DNA of 61,296 nucleotides from Anaerolineae bacterium (GTDB lineage Bacteria; Chloroflexota; Anaerolineae; B4-G1; DUEL01): the NCBI GenBank assembly GCA_049972045.1, contig JBMFKS010000004.1, forward strand, positions 1 through 61,296. The letters are read 5' to 3'. The notes below the pieces were generated by a model. That model saw only the letters and a program-made list of their open reading frames with translations, was not told the origin of the DNA and ran no database searches. Made by a program: the position numbers and the translations under genes. This document shows, piece after piece, positions 45,685 to 54,855 of the stretch (its first letter is position 1; each line of letters starts with the position of its first letter).

Positions 45685-46218
45685 ATGCAGGAAGAAATTA
45701 TCATCTCCGGCTTTGGCGGTCAGGGAACGCTCTTCGCCGGACAGGTCCTGGCCTATGCGGCGATGGATGCCGATTTTCACGTCACCTGGATTCCTTCCTA
45801 CGGCCCGGAGATGCGGGGCGGCAAGGCCCGCTGCACCGTTATCATCGCGGACCAGGAAATCGGTTCGCCGCTGGTCCGCCGCCCCAGCGCGGCCATCGTG
45901 ATGAACATCCCTTCCTTTGAGGCCTTTGAGCCGATGGTCAAACCCGGCGGCACCCTGGTGGTCAACCAATCCCTGATCCCGAACCAGAGCCAGCGGGACG
46001 ACATCCGGGTCATCTATGTTCCGGCGACAGAATTGGCGACAGAGATGGGCAACGCGCGGATCGCCAATATGATTTGCCTGGGCGCGCTGGTGAAGGCCCT
46101 GAGAGTCCTGCCGTTGGAGGCGCTGGAGCAGGCCCTGGATAACCACCTGGCCGAGCGCCACCGGCAGTGGCTCCCGCTGAATAAGGAGGCTCTGCGCAGA
46201 GGCGCGGAATTCGCCTGA
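45685..46218 (+). CDS. korC: 2-oxoacid:ferredoxin oxidoreductase gamma subunit
   Basis: Start MQEEIIISGFGGQGTLFAGQ after GAGGAGG; 177 aa. Confidence 0.85.
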   Translation: MQEEIIISGFGGQGTLFAGQVLAYAAMDADFHVTWIPSYGPEMRGGKARCTVIIADQEIGSPLVRRPSAAIVMNIPSFEAFEPMVKPGGTLVVNQSLIPNQSQRDDIRVIYVPATELATEMGNARIANMICLGALVKALRVLPLEALEQALDNHLAERHRQWLPLNKEALRRGAEFA

Positions 46219-46280
46219 TTTGCCCTTCACGCTTCACGTTTCACGCTTCACTTTGTGCTTTGCTCAGCAAGGAGTCTCCC

Positions 46281-47381
46281 ATGATTATCGGTATTCCCAA
46301 AGAACGACGAGAACTGGAGATGCGGGTCGGGCTGACCCCCTACGGCGTCAATCTGCTCACCCGCGCCGGGCATATCTGCTATGTGGAGAAGGGGGCCGGC
46401 GAGGGCTCGGGCTTTTCGGATTACGACTACGAGAAGGCCGGCGGCCGCATCGCCTACTCTACCGAAGAGGTCTACCGGCGCGCCGATATGGTGCTCAAAG
46501 CGGTCCGCCCCACCCGGGAAGAACTGGAGTGGACCCACGAGGGGCAGATCATCTGCGGCTTTCTCCACCTGGCGGCGGCCCGTCGGGAGACCGTCCAGAT
46601 GATGCTGGAGAAGGGGGTGAGCGCCGTTGCCTACGAGACGATAGAGGAAGATGACGGGACTCTCCCGGTGCTGCGGACGATGAGCGAGGTGGCCGGGCGG
46701 ATGGCGCCGCAACTGGCCGCGACGTTCCTGCAGAGCAACTGGGGCGGGCGAGGGGTGCTCCTGAGCGGCGTCCCCGGCGTCCCGGCGGCCCGCGTCGCCA
46801 TCCTGGGCGCGGGGGTTCTGGGCACCAACGCCGCCCGCGCCTTCTACGGCCTGGGCGCGAACCTCTACGTCCTGGACATGAACCAGGAAAAACTCCGCCG
46901 GATAGACGAAATGTTTGAAGGGCGCGTCACCACGATGGTGGCCTACCCCTTCAACATCGCCCGCGTCGTCCGCTTCGTGGAGGTCCTGGTGGGCGCCGTC
47001 CTGGTGCCCGGCGCACGGGCACCCGTCCTGGTCACCCGCGAGATGGTCCGCTCCATGAAGAAGGGCGCCGTGATCCTGGATTTCAGCATCGACCAGGGGG
47101 GCTGCGTGGAGACCAGTCGGCCCACCACCCTGCGGGACCCCGTCTTCATAGAAGAGGGGGTGGTTCACTTCTGCGTCCCCAACGCCCCCGGCGTGCTCCC
47201 CCGCACCTCCACCCACGCCTTCAACAACGCCGCCTGGCCCTATATCCGCCACATCGCCGATGTGGGGCTGGACCAGGCGGTAGCGGACATGCCCGCGCTG
47301 GCCCGGGGGCTGGCGCTGCGGGGAGGGCAGATCGTGAACGAAGCCCTGGCCGCCGCCTTCAACGCCTCAAAGCCTCAATGA
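46281..47381 (+). CDS. ald: alanine dehydrogenase
   Basis: Begins MIIGIPKERRELEMRVGLTP, with MSEVAGRMA, ILGAGVLGTNAA and DQGGCVETSRPTT. SD AAGGAG. Confidence 0.85.
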   Translation: MIIGIPKERRELEMRVGLTPYGVNLLTRAGHICYVEKGAGEGSGFSDYDYEKAGGRIAYSTEEVYRRADMVLKAVRPTREELEWTHEGQIICGFLHLAAARRETVQMMLEKGVSAVAYETIEEDDGTLPVLRTMSEVAGRMAPQLAATFLQSNWGGRGVLLSGVPGVPAARVAILGAGVLGTNAARAFYGLGANLYVLDMNQEKLRRIDEMFEGRVTTMVAYPFNIARVVRFVEVLVGAVLVPGARAPVLVTREMVRSMKKGAVILDFSIDQGGCVETSRPTTLRDPVFIEEGVVHFCVPNAPGVLPRTSTHAFNNAAWPYIRHIADVGLDQAVADMPALARGLALRGGQIVNEALAAAFNASKPQ

Positions 47382-47394
47382 GAAGGAGTACCCT

Positions 47395-48711
47395 ATGCCC
47401 ACGGGATGGAGTCGGATCTACGAGAGCAAAGTGACGACGGCGGAAGAGGCCGTTCAGGTCATCAAACACGGCGACCGCATTTTTCTGACCGGCAACTGCA
47501 GCGTCCCCCAGGTCCTGATGAAGGCACTGGTGGAGCGGGCTCGCGAACTGGAGAATGTAGAAATCTGCCATGCCTTGACCATTGGGGCCAGCGACTACGT
47601 CGCGCCGGAGATGGAAGGGCACATTCGTGCCAACGCGCTCTTCATCGGCCCCAACGTCCGCAAGGCCGTGCAGGAGGGACGGGCCGATTTCACCCCCGTC
47701 CTCCTCTCCGAATTCACCCTCCTTTTCCAGAAAGGCATCCTGCCGGTGGATGTCGCCTTCGTCCACCTCTCCCCGCCCGACGAGCACGGCTTCTGCTCCT
47801 ACGGCATTGAGACCGGCTTGACCAAGACGCCGGCCGAATCGGCGCGGATCATCATCGCCGAAGTCAACCCCAACATGCCTCGCTGCTTAGGCGACAGTTT
47901 CATCCACATCAGTCGGATAGATTCCATCGTGCCGGTAGATTACCCACTGATGGAACTGCCAATGGGTAGCGGCGAGCCGTCGGAGGTGGTCCTGCGCATT
48001 GCCCAGTACATCGCCGAATTGGTCCCCGATGGCGCGACGATGCAGATGGGCATCGGCGAGATTCCGGACGCGGTGTTGCGCTTCCTCCGCCACAAAAAGG
48101 ACCTGGGCGTCCACACCGAACTGTTCTCCGATGGGGTGATTGACCTGGTGGAGGCCGGGGTCATCACCAACGCCCGCAAAACCCTCCATCCGGGCAAGAT
48201 CATCGCCGGATTCATGCTGGGGACGCGGCGTCTCTACGAGTGGGCCCACGATAACCCCATCATTGAACTGCGCCGCACCGAGTACGTCAACGACCCCTTC
48301 GTCATCGCCCAGAACTACCGGCAGGTGGCCATCAACTCGGCCATAGAGGTGGACCTGACGGGGCAGGTCTGCGCCGATTCCATCGGCCCCAAACTCTACA
48401 GCGGCGTCGGCGGGCAACTGGACTTCATCTACGGCGCGTCCCGCTCCGAGGGCGGGGTGCCCATCATCGCCCTCCCCAGCACGACGACGCTGAAGGACGG
48501 GACGGTGGTCAGCCGGATCGTCCCGATGCTCAAGCCGGGCGCGGGGGTCGTCACCACCCGCTACCATGTCCACTACGTGGTCACCGAATACGGGGTGGCG
48601 GACCTCTACGGCAAGACCATCCGGCAGCGGGCCCAGGCCCTCATTCGCATCGCCCATCCGGACTTCCGGGAGGAACTGACCCGGGCGGCGAAAGAGTTGA
48701 ACTATCTGTAG
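47395..48711 (+). CDS. acetyl-CoA hydrolase/transferase family protein (4-hydroxybutyrate / succinyl-CoA:acetate CoA-transferase-like)
   Basis: 438 aa with family blocks GIGEIPDAV, SGVGGQLDF and VTEYGVADLYGK. The stop codon TAG (48709-48711) lies inside the MITE-2 TIR. Confidence 0.85.
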   Translation: MPTGWSRIYESKVTTAEEAVQVIKHGDRIFLTGNCSVPQVLMKALVERARELENVEICHALTIGASDYVAPEMEGHIRANALFIGPNVRKAVQEGRADFTPVLLSEFTLLFQKGILPVDVAFVHLSPPDEHGFCSYGIETGLTKTPAESARIIIAEVNPNMPRCLGDSFIHISRIDSIVPVDYPLMELPMGSGEPSEVVLRIAQYIAELVPDGATMQMGIGEIPDAVLRFLRHKKDLGVHTELFSDGVIDLVEAGVITNARKTLHPGKIIAGFMLGTRRLYEWAHDNPIIELRRTEYVNDPFVIAQNYRQVAINSAIEVDLTGQVCADSIGPKLYSGVGGQLDFIYGASRSEGGVPIIALPSTTTLKDGTVVSRIVPMLKPGAGVVTTRYHVHYVVTEYGVADLYGKTIRQRAQALIRIAHPDFREELTRAAKELNYL

Positions 48712-48852
48712 TGGTCAGTCAAGTTTATGCTTATGGGTCCGAATTGCCGACGCGGCCATGGGCCCATACAGGCCATAAGTAGGGCAACTGCGAGCAGTTG
48801 CCCTACTGGAGGGCGCAAAGACCCAAAAAAGTGCTGGTGACAAACCAGTAGG
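48708..48852 (+). repeat. full MITE-2 copy
   Basis: GTAGTGGTCAGTCAAG...GTAGGGCAACTGCGAGCAGTTGCCCTAC...GCTGGTGACAAACCAGTAGG. Confidence 0.88.
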
Positions 48853-48871
48853 TGAATGGAAACCGAATGAA

Positions 48872-50968
48872 ATGACACAACGGTCCGATAGGGTAGCGAT
48901 GCCCGCGTGGATCCTTGCCGGGGCCCTCATCCTTCTTCTTGCCGCCGCGCTGCGCTTCCCGGCCCTCGGCCAGGTGCCCCCCGGCCTCTACCACGACGAG
49001 GCCTACTACGGCCTGGATGCAGTGGATGTCCTTCGGGGCCACTTGCAGGTCTACTTCCCCGCCAACAACGGCCGCGAGCCGCTCTTCATCTACCTGGCCG
49101 CCGGCATAATTGGCCTGCTGGGGCGGAGCCCCTTTGCCCTCCGGCTGACCTCCGCCTTCGTCGGCGTGCTCACCGTCGCGGCAACGGCAGCGGCAGGACG
49201 GGCCCTCTTCTCCCGCCGCGTGGGCCTGCTGGCGGCCGCGATTCTCGCCGTGACCCTCTGGCACATCCACCTCAGCCGGGTCGGCTTCCGGGCCGTCACG
49301 CTCCCCCTCATCATCGCACTGACGGTCTGGCTGGGAGCCCGGGCCGTGCGGACAGGCCGGCCCCGCCCCTGGCTGGCCGCCGGTGCCCTCTACGGCCTCT
49401 CCTTTTACACCTACACCGCCGCCCGTTTCACCCCCGTCGTGCTGGCCGCCTTTGGCCTCTACGGGCTGGCCCTCTTCGGCCCCCGCGCCTTCCGGCCCCA
49501 CGCGCGGGGGCTGGGCCTGGCAGTCCTGGCCGCGGCGGTCGTTCTGACCCCGCTGGCGGCCTATACAGTCTCCCATCCGAACGTGGTGCTGGGCCGCCCC
49601 GACCAGGTCTCCATCTGGAATCCTGCCATCAGCGGCGGCGACCCATGGGGCCTGCTGGGCCGCCAGGTCCTGCGCACGGCCGGCATGTTCTTCGTCCGGG
49701 GAGACCGCATCTGGCGCCACAACGTCCCCTGGCGGCCCGTCTGGAGCCCCCTGTTGGGGGCGGCGTTCCTGCTGGGGGTGGGAGTGGCCTTCCGGCGCGC
49801 CCGACGGGACCCGGGGGCCGGCCTGGCCCTTCTCTGGACGGCAGTTATGGCCCTCCCCACCGTCCTGGCCGAAGACGCGCCCCACTTCCTGCGCGCCGTG
49901 GGGATGCTCCCCGTCCTGGCCTTCCTCCCCGCCCTCGGATTGGAGCAGTTACTGGCGATAAAACCACAAAGACACAAAGACACGAAGAAAAAGATTTTAC
50001 CCTTCGTGTCTTCGTGTCTTGGTGGTTACAATTCCATTGGTCTGGCGGTCAGTGTGGTGTCCATCGGGCTGGAACTGGTGAGCGGGACCCGGGCGTATTT
50101 CGGCCCGTACGCCCGCAACCCGATGACCGGGTACTGGTTTGAGCGGGGCGCGGTGGCGCTGGGGGCAGACATCAACCGCTTCCTGGGCGCCGGCTGGTCG
50201 GGCGAGGCGTCGCCATTGACCCCCACCGCCGGGCCGGAGGGGTGCGTCTATCTGGACCCGTTGCTCTGGGAGGATTGGCCCCAGGTCCGGTTCCTGGTCG
50301 CCGCGCCGGAGCGGATGACGGTGCGGTTGGAGGCCGGCCGTGAAGCCCCCTGCGAAGCCGGGCGGCTCACCGGGGCCGCGAAGGATTCGTGCGGCGGGAC
50401 AGGGTGGCGCCCCACCGCCGTCTTCCTCTGGCCCTACAGCGACTGGACCCGCGCCTGGGCCCTCCTCCCCCACCCCGCCGAGATAACCGTGATGGATGGC
50501 CCCCTTTCCCAGCACGACCGGGACACCGAACCGTATGTCACCTATCTGGCCTTTCTGGCAACCCGGCCCGGCCCAATCCCCCCGCCCCAGGCCCGCCTCT
50601 CCGGCGGCGTGGAATTTCTGGGGGCGATGGTCACTCCTCGGGAGGACGGCGCGGTGCGGGTGCGGCTGCGCTGGCGGGCCACCGCCCCGCTGGCCGGGGA
50701 GTACGCCGTCTTCCTGCACTACCGGCGGGACGGGCAGAAGGTCGCTCAGGGAGACAGCCCTCCGGCTATGGGTCGCTACCCCACCCCCCTCTGGCAGCCC
50801 GGCGACATCCTCCACGACGACCACATCGTGCCCGGCGTCGGTCGTCCCCAGCCGGGCCGGGATGAAATCCTCTTCGGCCTCTGGAACCCCCAGACCGGGG
50901 AGTACCTCTCCGTGCTGGACGCGGCCGGAAATCCCGCCGGAGTGGAAATCCGCGTCCCCGTCCAGTAA
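48872..50968 (+). CDS. GT39/ArnT-like membrane glycosyltransferase with large C-terminal domain (carries an in-frame repeat insertion)
   Basis: Contains PPGLYHDEAYYGLDA, GREPLFIYL and SPFALRL, with multiple transmembrane helices. Start is at 48872 or 48899. Confidence 0.75.
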   Translation: MTQRSDRVAMPAWILAGALILLLAAALRFPALGQVPPGLYHDEAYYGLDAVDVLRGHLQVYFPANNGREPLFIYLAAGIIGLLGRSPFALRLTSAFVGVLTVAATAAAGRALFSRRVGLLAAAILAVTLWHIHLSRVGFRAVTLPLIIALTVWLGARAVRTGRPRPWLAAGALYGLSFYTYTAARFTPVVLAAFGLYGLALFGPRAFRPHARGLGLAVLAAAVVLTPLAAYTVSHPNVVLGRPDQVSIWNPAISGGDPWGLLGRQVLRTAGMFFVRGDRIWRHNVPWRPVWSPLLGAAFLLGVGVAFRRARRDPGAGLALLWTAVMALPTVLAEDAPHFLRAVGMLPVLAFLPALGLEQLLAIKPQRHKDTKKKILPFVSSCLGGYNSIGLAVSVVSIGLELVSGTRAYFGPYARNPMTGYWFERGAVALGADINRFLGAGWSGEASPLTPTAGPEGCVYLDPLLWEDWPQVRFLVAAPERMTVRLEAGREAPCEAGRLTGAAKDSCGGTGWRPTAVFLWPYSDWTRAWALLPHPAEITVMDGPLSQHDRDTEPYVTYLAFLATRPGPIPPPQARLSGGVEFLGAMVTPREDGAVRVRLRWRATAPLAGEYAVFLHYRRDGQKVAQGDSPPAMGRYPTPLWQPGDILHDDHIVPGVGRPQPGRDEILFGLWNPQTGEYLSVLDAAGNPAGVEIRVPVQ
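49958..50047 (+). repeat. 90-nt palindromic CACGAAG/CACAAAG-heptamer element inserted in frame in the glycosyltransferase gene
   Basis: Arms AACCACAAAGACACAAAGACACGAAG (49962-49987) and CTTCGTGTCTTCGTGTCTTGGTGGTT (50002-50027), flanked by direct CTGGCG at 49952-57 and 50042-47. It encodes IKPQRHKDTKKKILPFVSSCLGGYNSIGLA. Confidence 0.75.
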
Positions 50969-50986
50969 CCTTTCACCGCAGAGACG

Positions 50987-51742
50987 ATGAAGACGCAAGA
51001 ATTGCTCGCCTACCTGGACGAATACTTACGAGTGCGGGAGATAGAGGACTCTTCTCAGAACGGCCTGCAGGTAGAGGGGCCGGCGGAGGTCCGGAAAGTG
51101 GCTTTCGCCGTGGATGCCTGTCAGGAGGCTTTTGACCGCGCTGTGGTTGAGAGGGCCCAGTTGCTCCTCGTCCACCACGGCCTTTTCTGGGAGAAACCCC
51201 AGCGGCTGGTGGGCCCGCTCTTTCGGCGGGTGCGGACGCTCATCCTGGGCGGCTGTGGCCTCTACGCGGCCCATCTACCGCTGGATGCCCACCCGGAGGT
51301 CGGCAACAACGCCGAACTGGCGCGGCAACTGGGGCTTCGGGACATCCGCCCCTTCGGTCGGTACCACGGAGTAGAGATCGGCGTTGCCGGCACGCTGGAG
51401 CCTCCGCTGCCCATCGCCACCCTCATCGGGCGGTTGATCCAGATTCTGCACGTCCCTCCCGTCCGCGTCCTGGCTCACGGCCCCGCCGAGGCCCACCGGG
51501 TGGCCGTCATCTCCGGGGATGCCATCTCCCTGCTGGACCAGGTGGCGGAGGCCGGGCTGGACACCTTCGTCACCGGCGAGACCCGCCACAGCGCTTTCCA
51601 CCCCGTTACCGAACTGGGGATGAACGTCCTCTTCGCCGGCCACTACGCTACCGAGGCCGTGGGGCTCCGGGCCCTGGCCCGCCACCTGGAGGAGAAATTC
51701 GGCCTGGAGACCCTCTTCCTGGACGTGCCGACGGGGATGTAG
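50987..51742 (+). CDS. Nif3-like dinuclear metal centre protein
   Basis: 251 aa with DSSQNGLQVEG and LLLVHHGLFW, and the C-terminal ETRHSAFH..AGHYATE. Confidence 0.85.
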   Translation: MKTQELLAYLDEYLRVREIEDSSQNGLQVEGPAEVRKVAFAVDACQEAFDRAVVERAQLLLVHHGLFWEKPQRLVGPLFRRVRTLILGGCGLYAAHLPLDAHPEVGNNAELARQLGLRDIRPFGRYHGVEIGVAGTLEPPLPIATLIGRLIQILHVPPVRVLAHGPAEAHRVAVISGDAISLLDQVAEAGLDTFVTGETRHSAFHPVTELGMNVLFAGHYATEAVGLRALARHLEEKFGLETLFLDVPTGM

Positions 51743-51781
51743 AGGTTGACGGTATCCCCCGGGCCGGTTATAATAGCCAAT

Positions 51782-51853
51782 ATAGGGCAACTGCTCGCAG
51801 TTGCCTACTGGAGGGCGCAAAGACCCCCAAAAGTGCTGTTGACAAACCACTAA
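51782..51853 (+). repeat. partial MITE-2 (hairpin plus right arm only)
   Basis: ATAGGGCAACTGCTCGCAGTTGCCTAC then TGGAGGGCGCAAAGACC..GCTGTTGACAAACCACTAAC. It ends 16 nt before the prfA ATG. Confidence 0.85.
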
Positions 51854-51869
51854 CCCCTAACCGTTCACA

Positions 51870-52970
51870 ATGTGGGAAAAGTTAGAAAGAATAGAGAACC
51901 GATACGAAGAACTGACGCAACAGATGGCCGACCCGGAGGTCGTCAGCGACCCGGACCGGTTGGCCGAACTGGCGCGCGAGCACGCCGAACTGGAAGAAAT
52001 CGTCACCCTGTACCGTCAGTACCGCCAGGCCCGGACGGAGTGGGAGCAAGCCGAGTCTCTGTTGGAAGATCGCGACCCCGAACTCCGGGAACTGGCGGAG
52101 GCGGAGGTCGCCCGATTACGAGGGCACCTGGACGACCTGGAAGCGCAACTGCGCCGGTTGCTCCTCCCCCGGGACCCCCGCGATCAGCGGGATGTGATTG
52201 TGGAAATCCGCGCTGGGACGGGCGGGGAAGAGGCCGGGCTGTTTGCAGCCGACCTCTATCGGATGTACACCCGTTACGCCGAACGGCGGGGCTGGCAGAC
52301 GGAGTTGCTCAGCGCTCATCCCACCGACCTGGGCGGCTTTAAAGAGGTCATTTTTGAGGTCCGGGGGCGCGGAGCCTTCTCTCGCCTCAAGTTTGAGAGC
52401 GGCGTCCATCGCGTCCAGCGGGTGCCCATTACCGAATCCTCCGGGCGGATCCACACCTCCACCGCCACCGTCGCTGTCCTCCCGGAAGCGGATGAGGTGG
52501 AAGTGTCCATTGACCCCAACGACATAGAGATGGAAGTCTACCGCTCTTCCGGCCCCGGCGGTCAGCACATGCAGAAGAACGCCACCGCCGTCCGCCTCAT
52601 CCACAAGCCTACCGGGATAGTGGTCACCTGCGAGTCGGAGCGTTCACAGGCCCAGAACCGGGCCCGCGCCCTGGCCGTCCTGCGCGCCCGCCTCTACGAG
52701 ATAGAACGTCAGAAGCAAGAGACCGAGATCGCCGAGGTCCGTCGGGCTCAGGTGGGCACCGGGGAACGGAGCGAGAAAATCCGCACCTACAACTTCCCCC
52801 AGAACCGGGTCACCGACCATCGCATTGGCCTGACCCTCTACCGGCTTCCCGACGTGCTGGATGGGGACCTGGACCCGTTCATTGACGAACTGATCACCCA
52901 GGTGCAGGCAGAACGGCTCCAGGCCAGCGGCGAAGAACCGGATGATACAACTTTGCAGTATTTGCAGTAG
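51870..52970 (+). CDS. prfA: peptide chain release factor 1
   Basis: 366 aa with [14 protein letters not shown] (PxT-type tripeptide region) and [11 protein letters not shown] (GGQ). No obvious SD. Confidence 0.92.
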   Translation: MWEKLERIENRYEELTQQMADPEVVSDPDRLAELAREHAELEEIVTLYRQYRQARTEWEQAESLLEDRDPELRELAEAEVARLRGHLDDLEAQLRRLLLPRDPRDQRDVIVEIRAGTGGEEAGLFAADLYRMYTRYAERRGWQTELLSAHPTDLGGFKEVIFEVRGRGAFSRLKFESGVHRVQRVPITESSGRIHTSTATVAVLPEADEVEVSIDPNDIEMEVYRSSGPGGQHMQKNATAVRLIHKPTGIVVTCESERSQAQNRARALAVLRARLYEIERQKQETEIAEVRRAQVGTGERSEKIRTYNFPQNRVTDHRIGLTLYRLPDVLDGDLDPFIDELITQVQAERLQASGEEPDDTTLQYLQ

Positions 52971-53054
52971 GACAAGGCTCCGCCTTGTCCTATTTTGGAC
53001 AAGGCTCCGCCTTGTCCTATTTTGGTCAGGACAAGCTCCGCCCTGTCCTATTTT
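52969..53054 (+). terminator. three tandem copies of an intrinsic-terminator hairpin unit
   Basis: (A)GGACAAGG-CTCCG-CCTTGTCC-TATTTT repeated at 52969-52996, 52997-53023 and 53024-53054 (third copy diverged), then a partial fourth copy. Confidence 0.75.
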
Positions 53055-53166
53055 GGCCAGGACAAGGCCCAACATTGCCCTTGACTGACCCCTATGACGA
53101 CGTCCGGGCGACCGGCACTGACCGCAACCAACGCAATGAGCATCAGCCAGCGAAGGAGGACGGCAG

Positions 53167-54084
53167 GTGGACGTTCTGGTCATCGGCGCGGCGGGTCTGG
53201 ATGTGAAGGGACAGGTGGGAGGCCCCCTGCAGATGGGGACCTCCAACCCGGGGGTCATCCGCCAGAGCCCCGGCGGGGTGGCACGCAACATCGCCGAGAA
53301 CCTGGCCCGCCTGGGAATAGAAGTCGCCCTGATCACCGCGCTGGGAGATGACTGGCCCGGGCGGTACATCCTGGAGCACGCCCGCCAGGCCGGGGTGGAC
53401 ACCGAACACATCCTGGTCCGGCCCGACCTCCGCACCGGCACCTACCTGGCCCTGCAGGACCAGGAGAAACAACTCATCGTCGGCCTGGACGACATGGGGG
53501 CCATTCAGGCCATCACCCCGCGCTATCTTCACGACCGTCGGCGGCTCTTCCGGGAAGCGGAGATGGTTGTCATAGACGCGAACCTCTCTCCGGACGCGCT
53601 GGAGATGGTCTTCCGCCTGGCAGCCCGATACAACCGCCCCGTCTGCGCCGACCCGACTTCCGCGCCGCTGGCCGCCCGCCTGCAACCCTTCCTGGGCCGG
53701 CTCCACCTGGTAACCCCCAACCTGCAGGAAGCGTATGCCCTGCTGGGCGAGGTGGGCGGGAGCAGCAGCCGCCCCATCCGCGTCGCCCGGCGGCTGGTGG
53801 CCAAAGGGGTCAAACTGGCCGTCATCACGCTGGCGGAGAAGGGGCTCTGCTACGCCACCCTCAACGAGAGCGGCAACCTGCCCGCTATCTCCGTCCCCAT
53901 CGTGGACCGCACCGGGGTAGGAGACGCGCTCACTGCCGCCGTCATCTTCGGCCTCTTAGAGGGTCTCCCGCCCACCGAGGCGGTCCGGTTGGGCCTCGCC
54001 GCCGCCGCCCTCACCCTCCAGTGCCGCCACACCGTCTGCCCCGACCTCAGCCTGGAGCGGCTGTACGAGACCCTGGTCGTGTAA
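53167..54084 (+). CDS. PfkB-family carbohydrate/nucleoside kinase (pseudouridine kinase-like)
   Basis: GTG start after AAGGAGG. Contains GGVARNIAENLARLG and the C-terminal TGVGDALTAA. Confidence 0.8.
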   Translation: MDVLVIGAAGLDVKGQVGGPLQMGTSNPGVIRQSPGGVARNIAENLARLGIEVALITALGDDWPGRYILEHARQAGVDTEHILVRPDLRTGTYLALQDQEKQLIVGLDDMGAIQAITPRYLHDRRRLFREAEMVVIDANLSPDALEMVFRLAARYNRPVCADPTSAPLAARLQPFLGRLHLVTPNLQEAYALLGEVGGSSSRPIRVARRLVAKGVKLAVITLAEKGLCYATLNESGNLPAISVPIVDRTGVGDALTAAVIFGLLEGLPPTEAVRLGLAAAALTLQCRHTVCPDLSLERLYETLVV

Positions 54085-54126
54085 AGAACGCGCCAGGCGC
54101 TTTTGGAAGTGCTCGGCCCGTTTCCT

Positions 54127-54804
54127 CTATTTCACCGGCTTCATCTTCCTCCAAAGGATCGCCCCTCCCAGCACCAGCCCGGCCTGAATCAGGACGACTC
54201 CCACTATCGCCACCCCCACATCCATCCAGAACCGCTCCGGATAGAGGCGGATGAGCGTATCCGAGGTGGGGAACGTCCAGGTATCGGGTGGGAAGAGCAG
54301 CTCGTGGAACCCGGTGAAGAAGACCTCCCAGGAGGTCAGCATGAGAGCGGCGACGGCGACCAGGAGGGCCAGCGTGAGCACCGCCCCACCCTGCCAGGCG
54401 CCAGCGGCCAGCGGGCGCGTCGCGCGGCGGGCCAGCAACGCCGCCGTCCCCCCCAGGACCACCACCCCCGCCGCCATCCCGGACCGCAGAATGGCCCAGA
54501 ACACCCGCTGGACGTCCACCATGTGCGCCAATTCCCGTTCATTGAAGGCCGGACGCCCCTCCAGTTCCAGGTCTGCCAGCAACTCTATCCCGGCGTTCGT
54601 CGCCAGGTACTCCACGCAGACCTCCGCCAGCCGAATGCGCTCTTTGGTGGTCAGGCCATAGGGGTCATGGGGAAAATCCGGTTTCCCGTATTCCCACCGC
54701 ACCAGCCACGGCGCGGTGACGACGCGCAGCGCTACCGCCAGAATCACCACCGGTAGCGCCAGACTCACCAGGACTGAAACCACCCAGGGCCACCTTTTCT
54801 TCAT
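54127..54804 (-). CDS. TIGR01906/DUF1461-family integral membrane protein
   Basis: Start MKKRWPWVVSVLV at 54804 after AAGGAGAG. Contains NERELAHMVDVQRVF. The ORF-track start at 55098 lies in MITE DNA. Confidence 0.7.
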   Translation of the reverse strand: MKKRWPWVVSVLVSLALPVVILAVALRVVTAPWLVRWEYGKPDFPHDPYGLTTKERIRLAEVCVEYLATNAGIELLADLELEGRPAFNERELAHMVDVQRVFWAILRSGMAAGVVVLGGTAALLARRATRPLAAGAWQGGAVLTLALLVAVAALMLTSWEVFFTGFHELLFPPDTWTFPTSDTLIRLYPERFWMDVGVAIVGVVLIQAGLVLGGAILWRKMKPVK

Positions 54805-54855
54805 TTCTCTCCTTTTCCATGCCCGCTGGCTACCTGACCGTTTTCCCCGCAGGGG

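Noticed and set aside
51838-51870. Outward-facing TTGACA in both MITE-2 terminal repeats, considered as a mobile -35 element creating hybrid promoters. The elements end 16-48 nt upstream of fabF, the ferritin-like gene, the glycosyltransferase and prfA.
   Set aside because: In all four cases checked, no plausible -10 hexamer lies 16-18 nt downstream of the TTGACA. Bona fide promoters in this window have clear TATAAT-like -10 boxes. I kept only the positional observation.
52969-53070. Tandem approximately 28-bp repeats considered as a possible mini-CRISPR array.
   Set aside because: The units are contiguous with no spacers. Each is a hairpin followed by a T-run, no cas genes are nearby, and they sit directly after a stop codon. 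They are better explained as terminator duplications.
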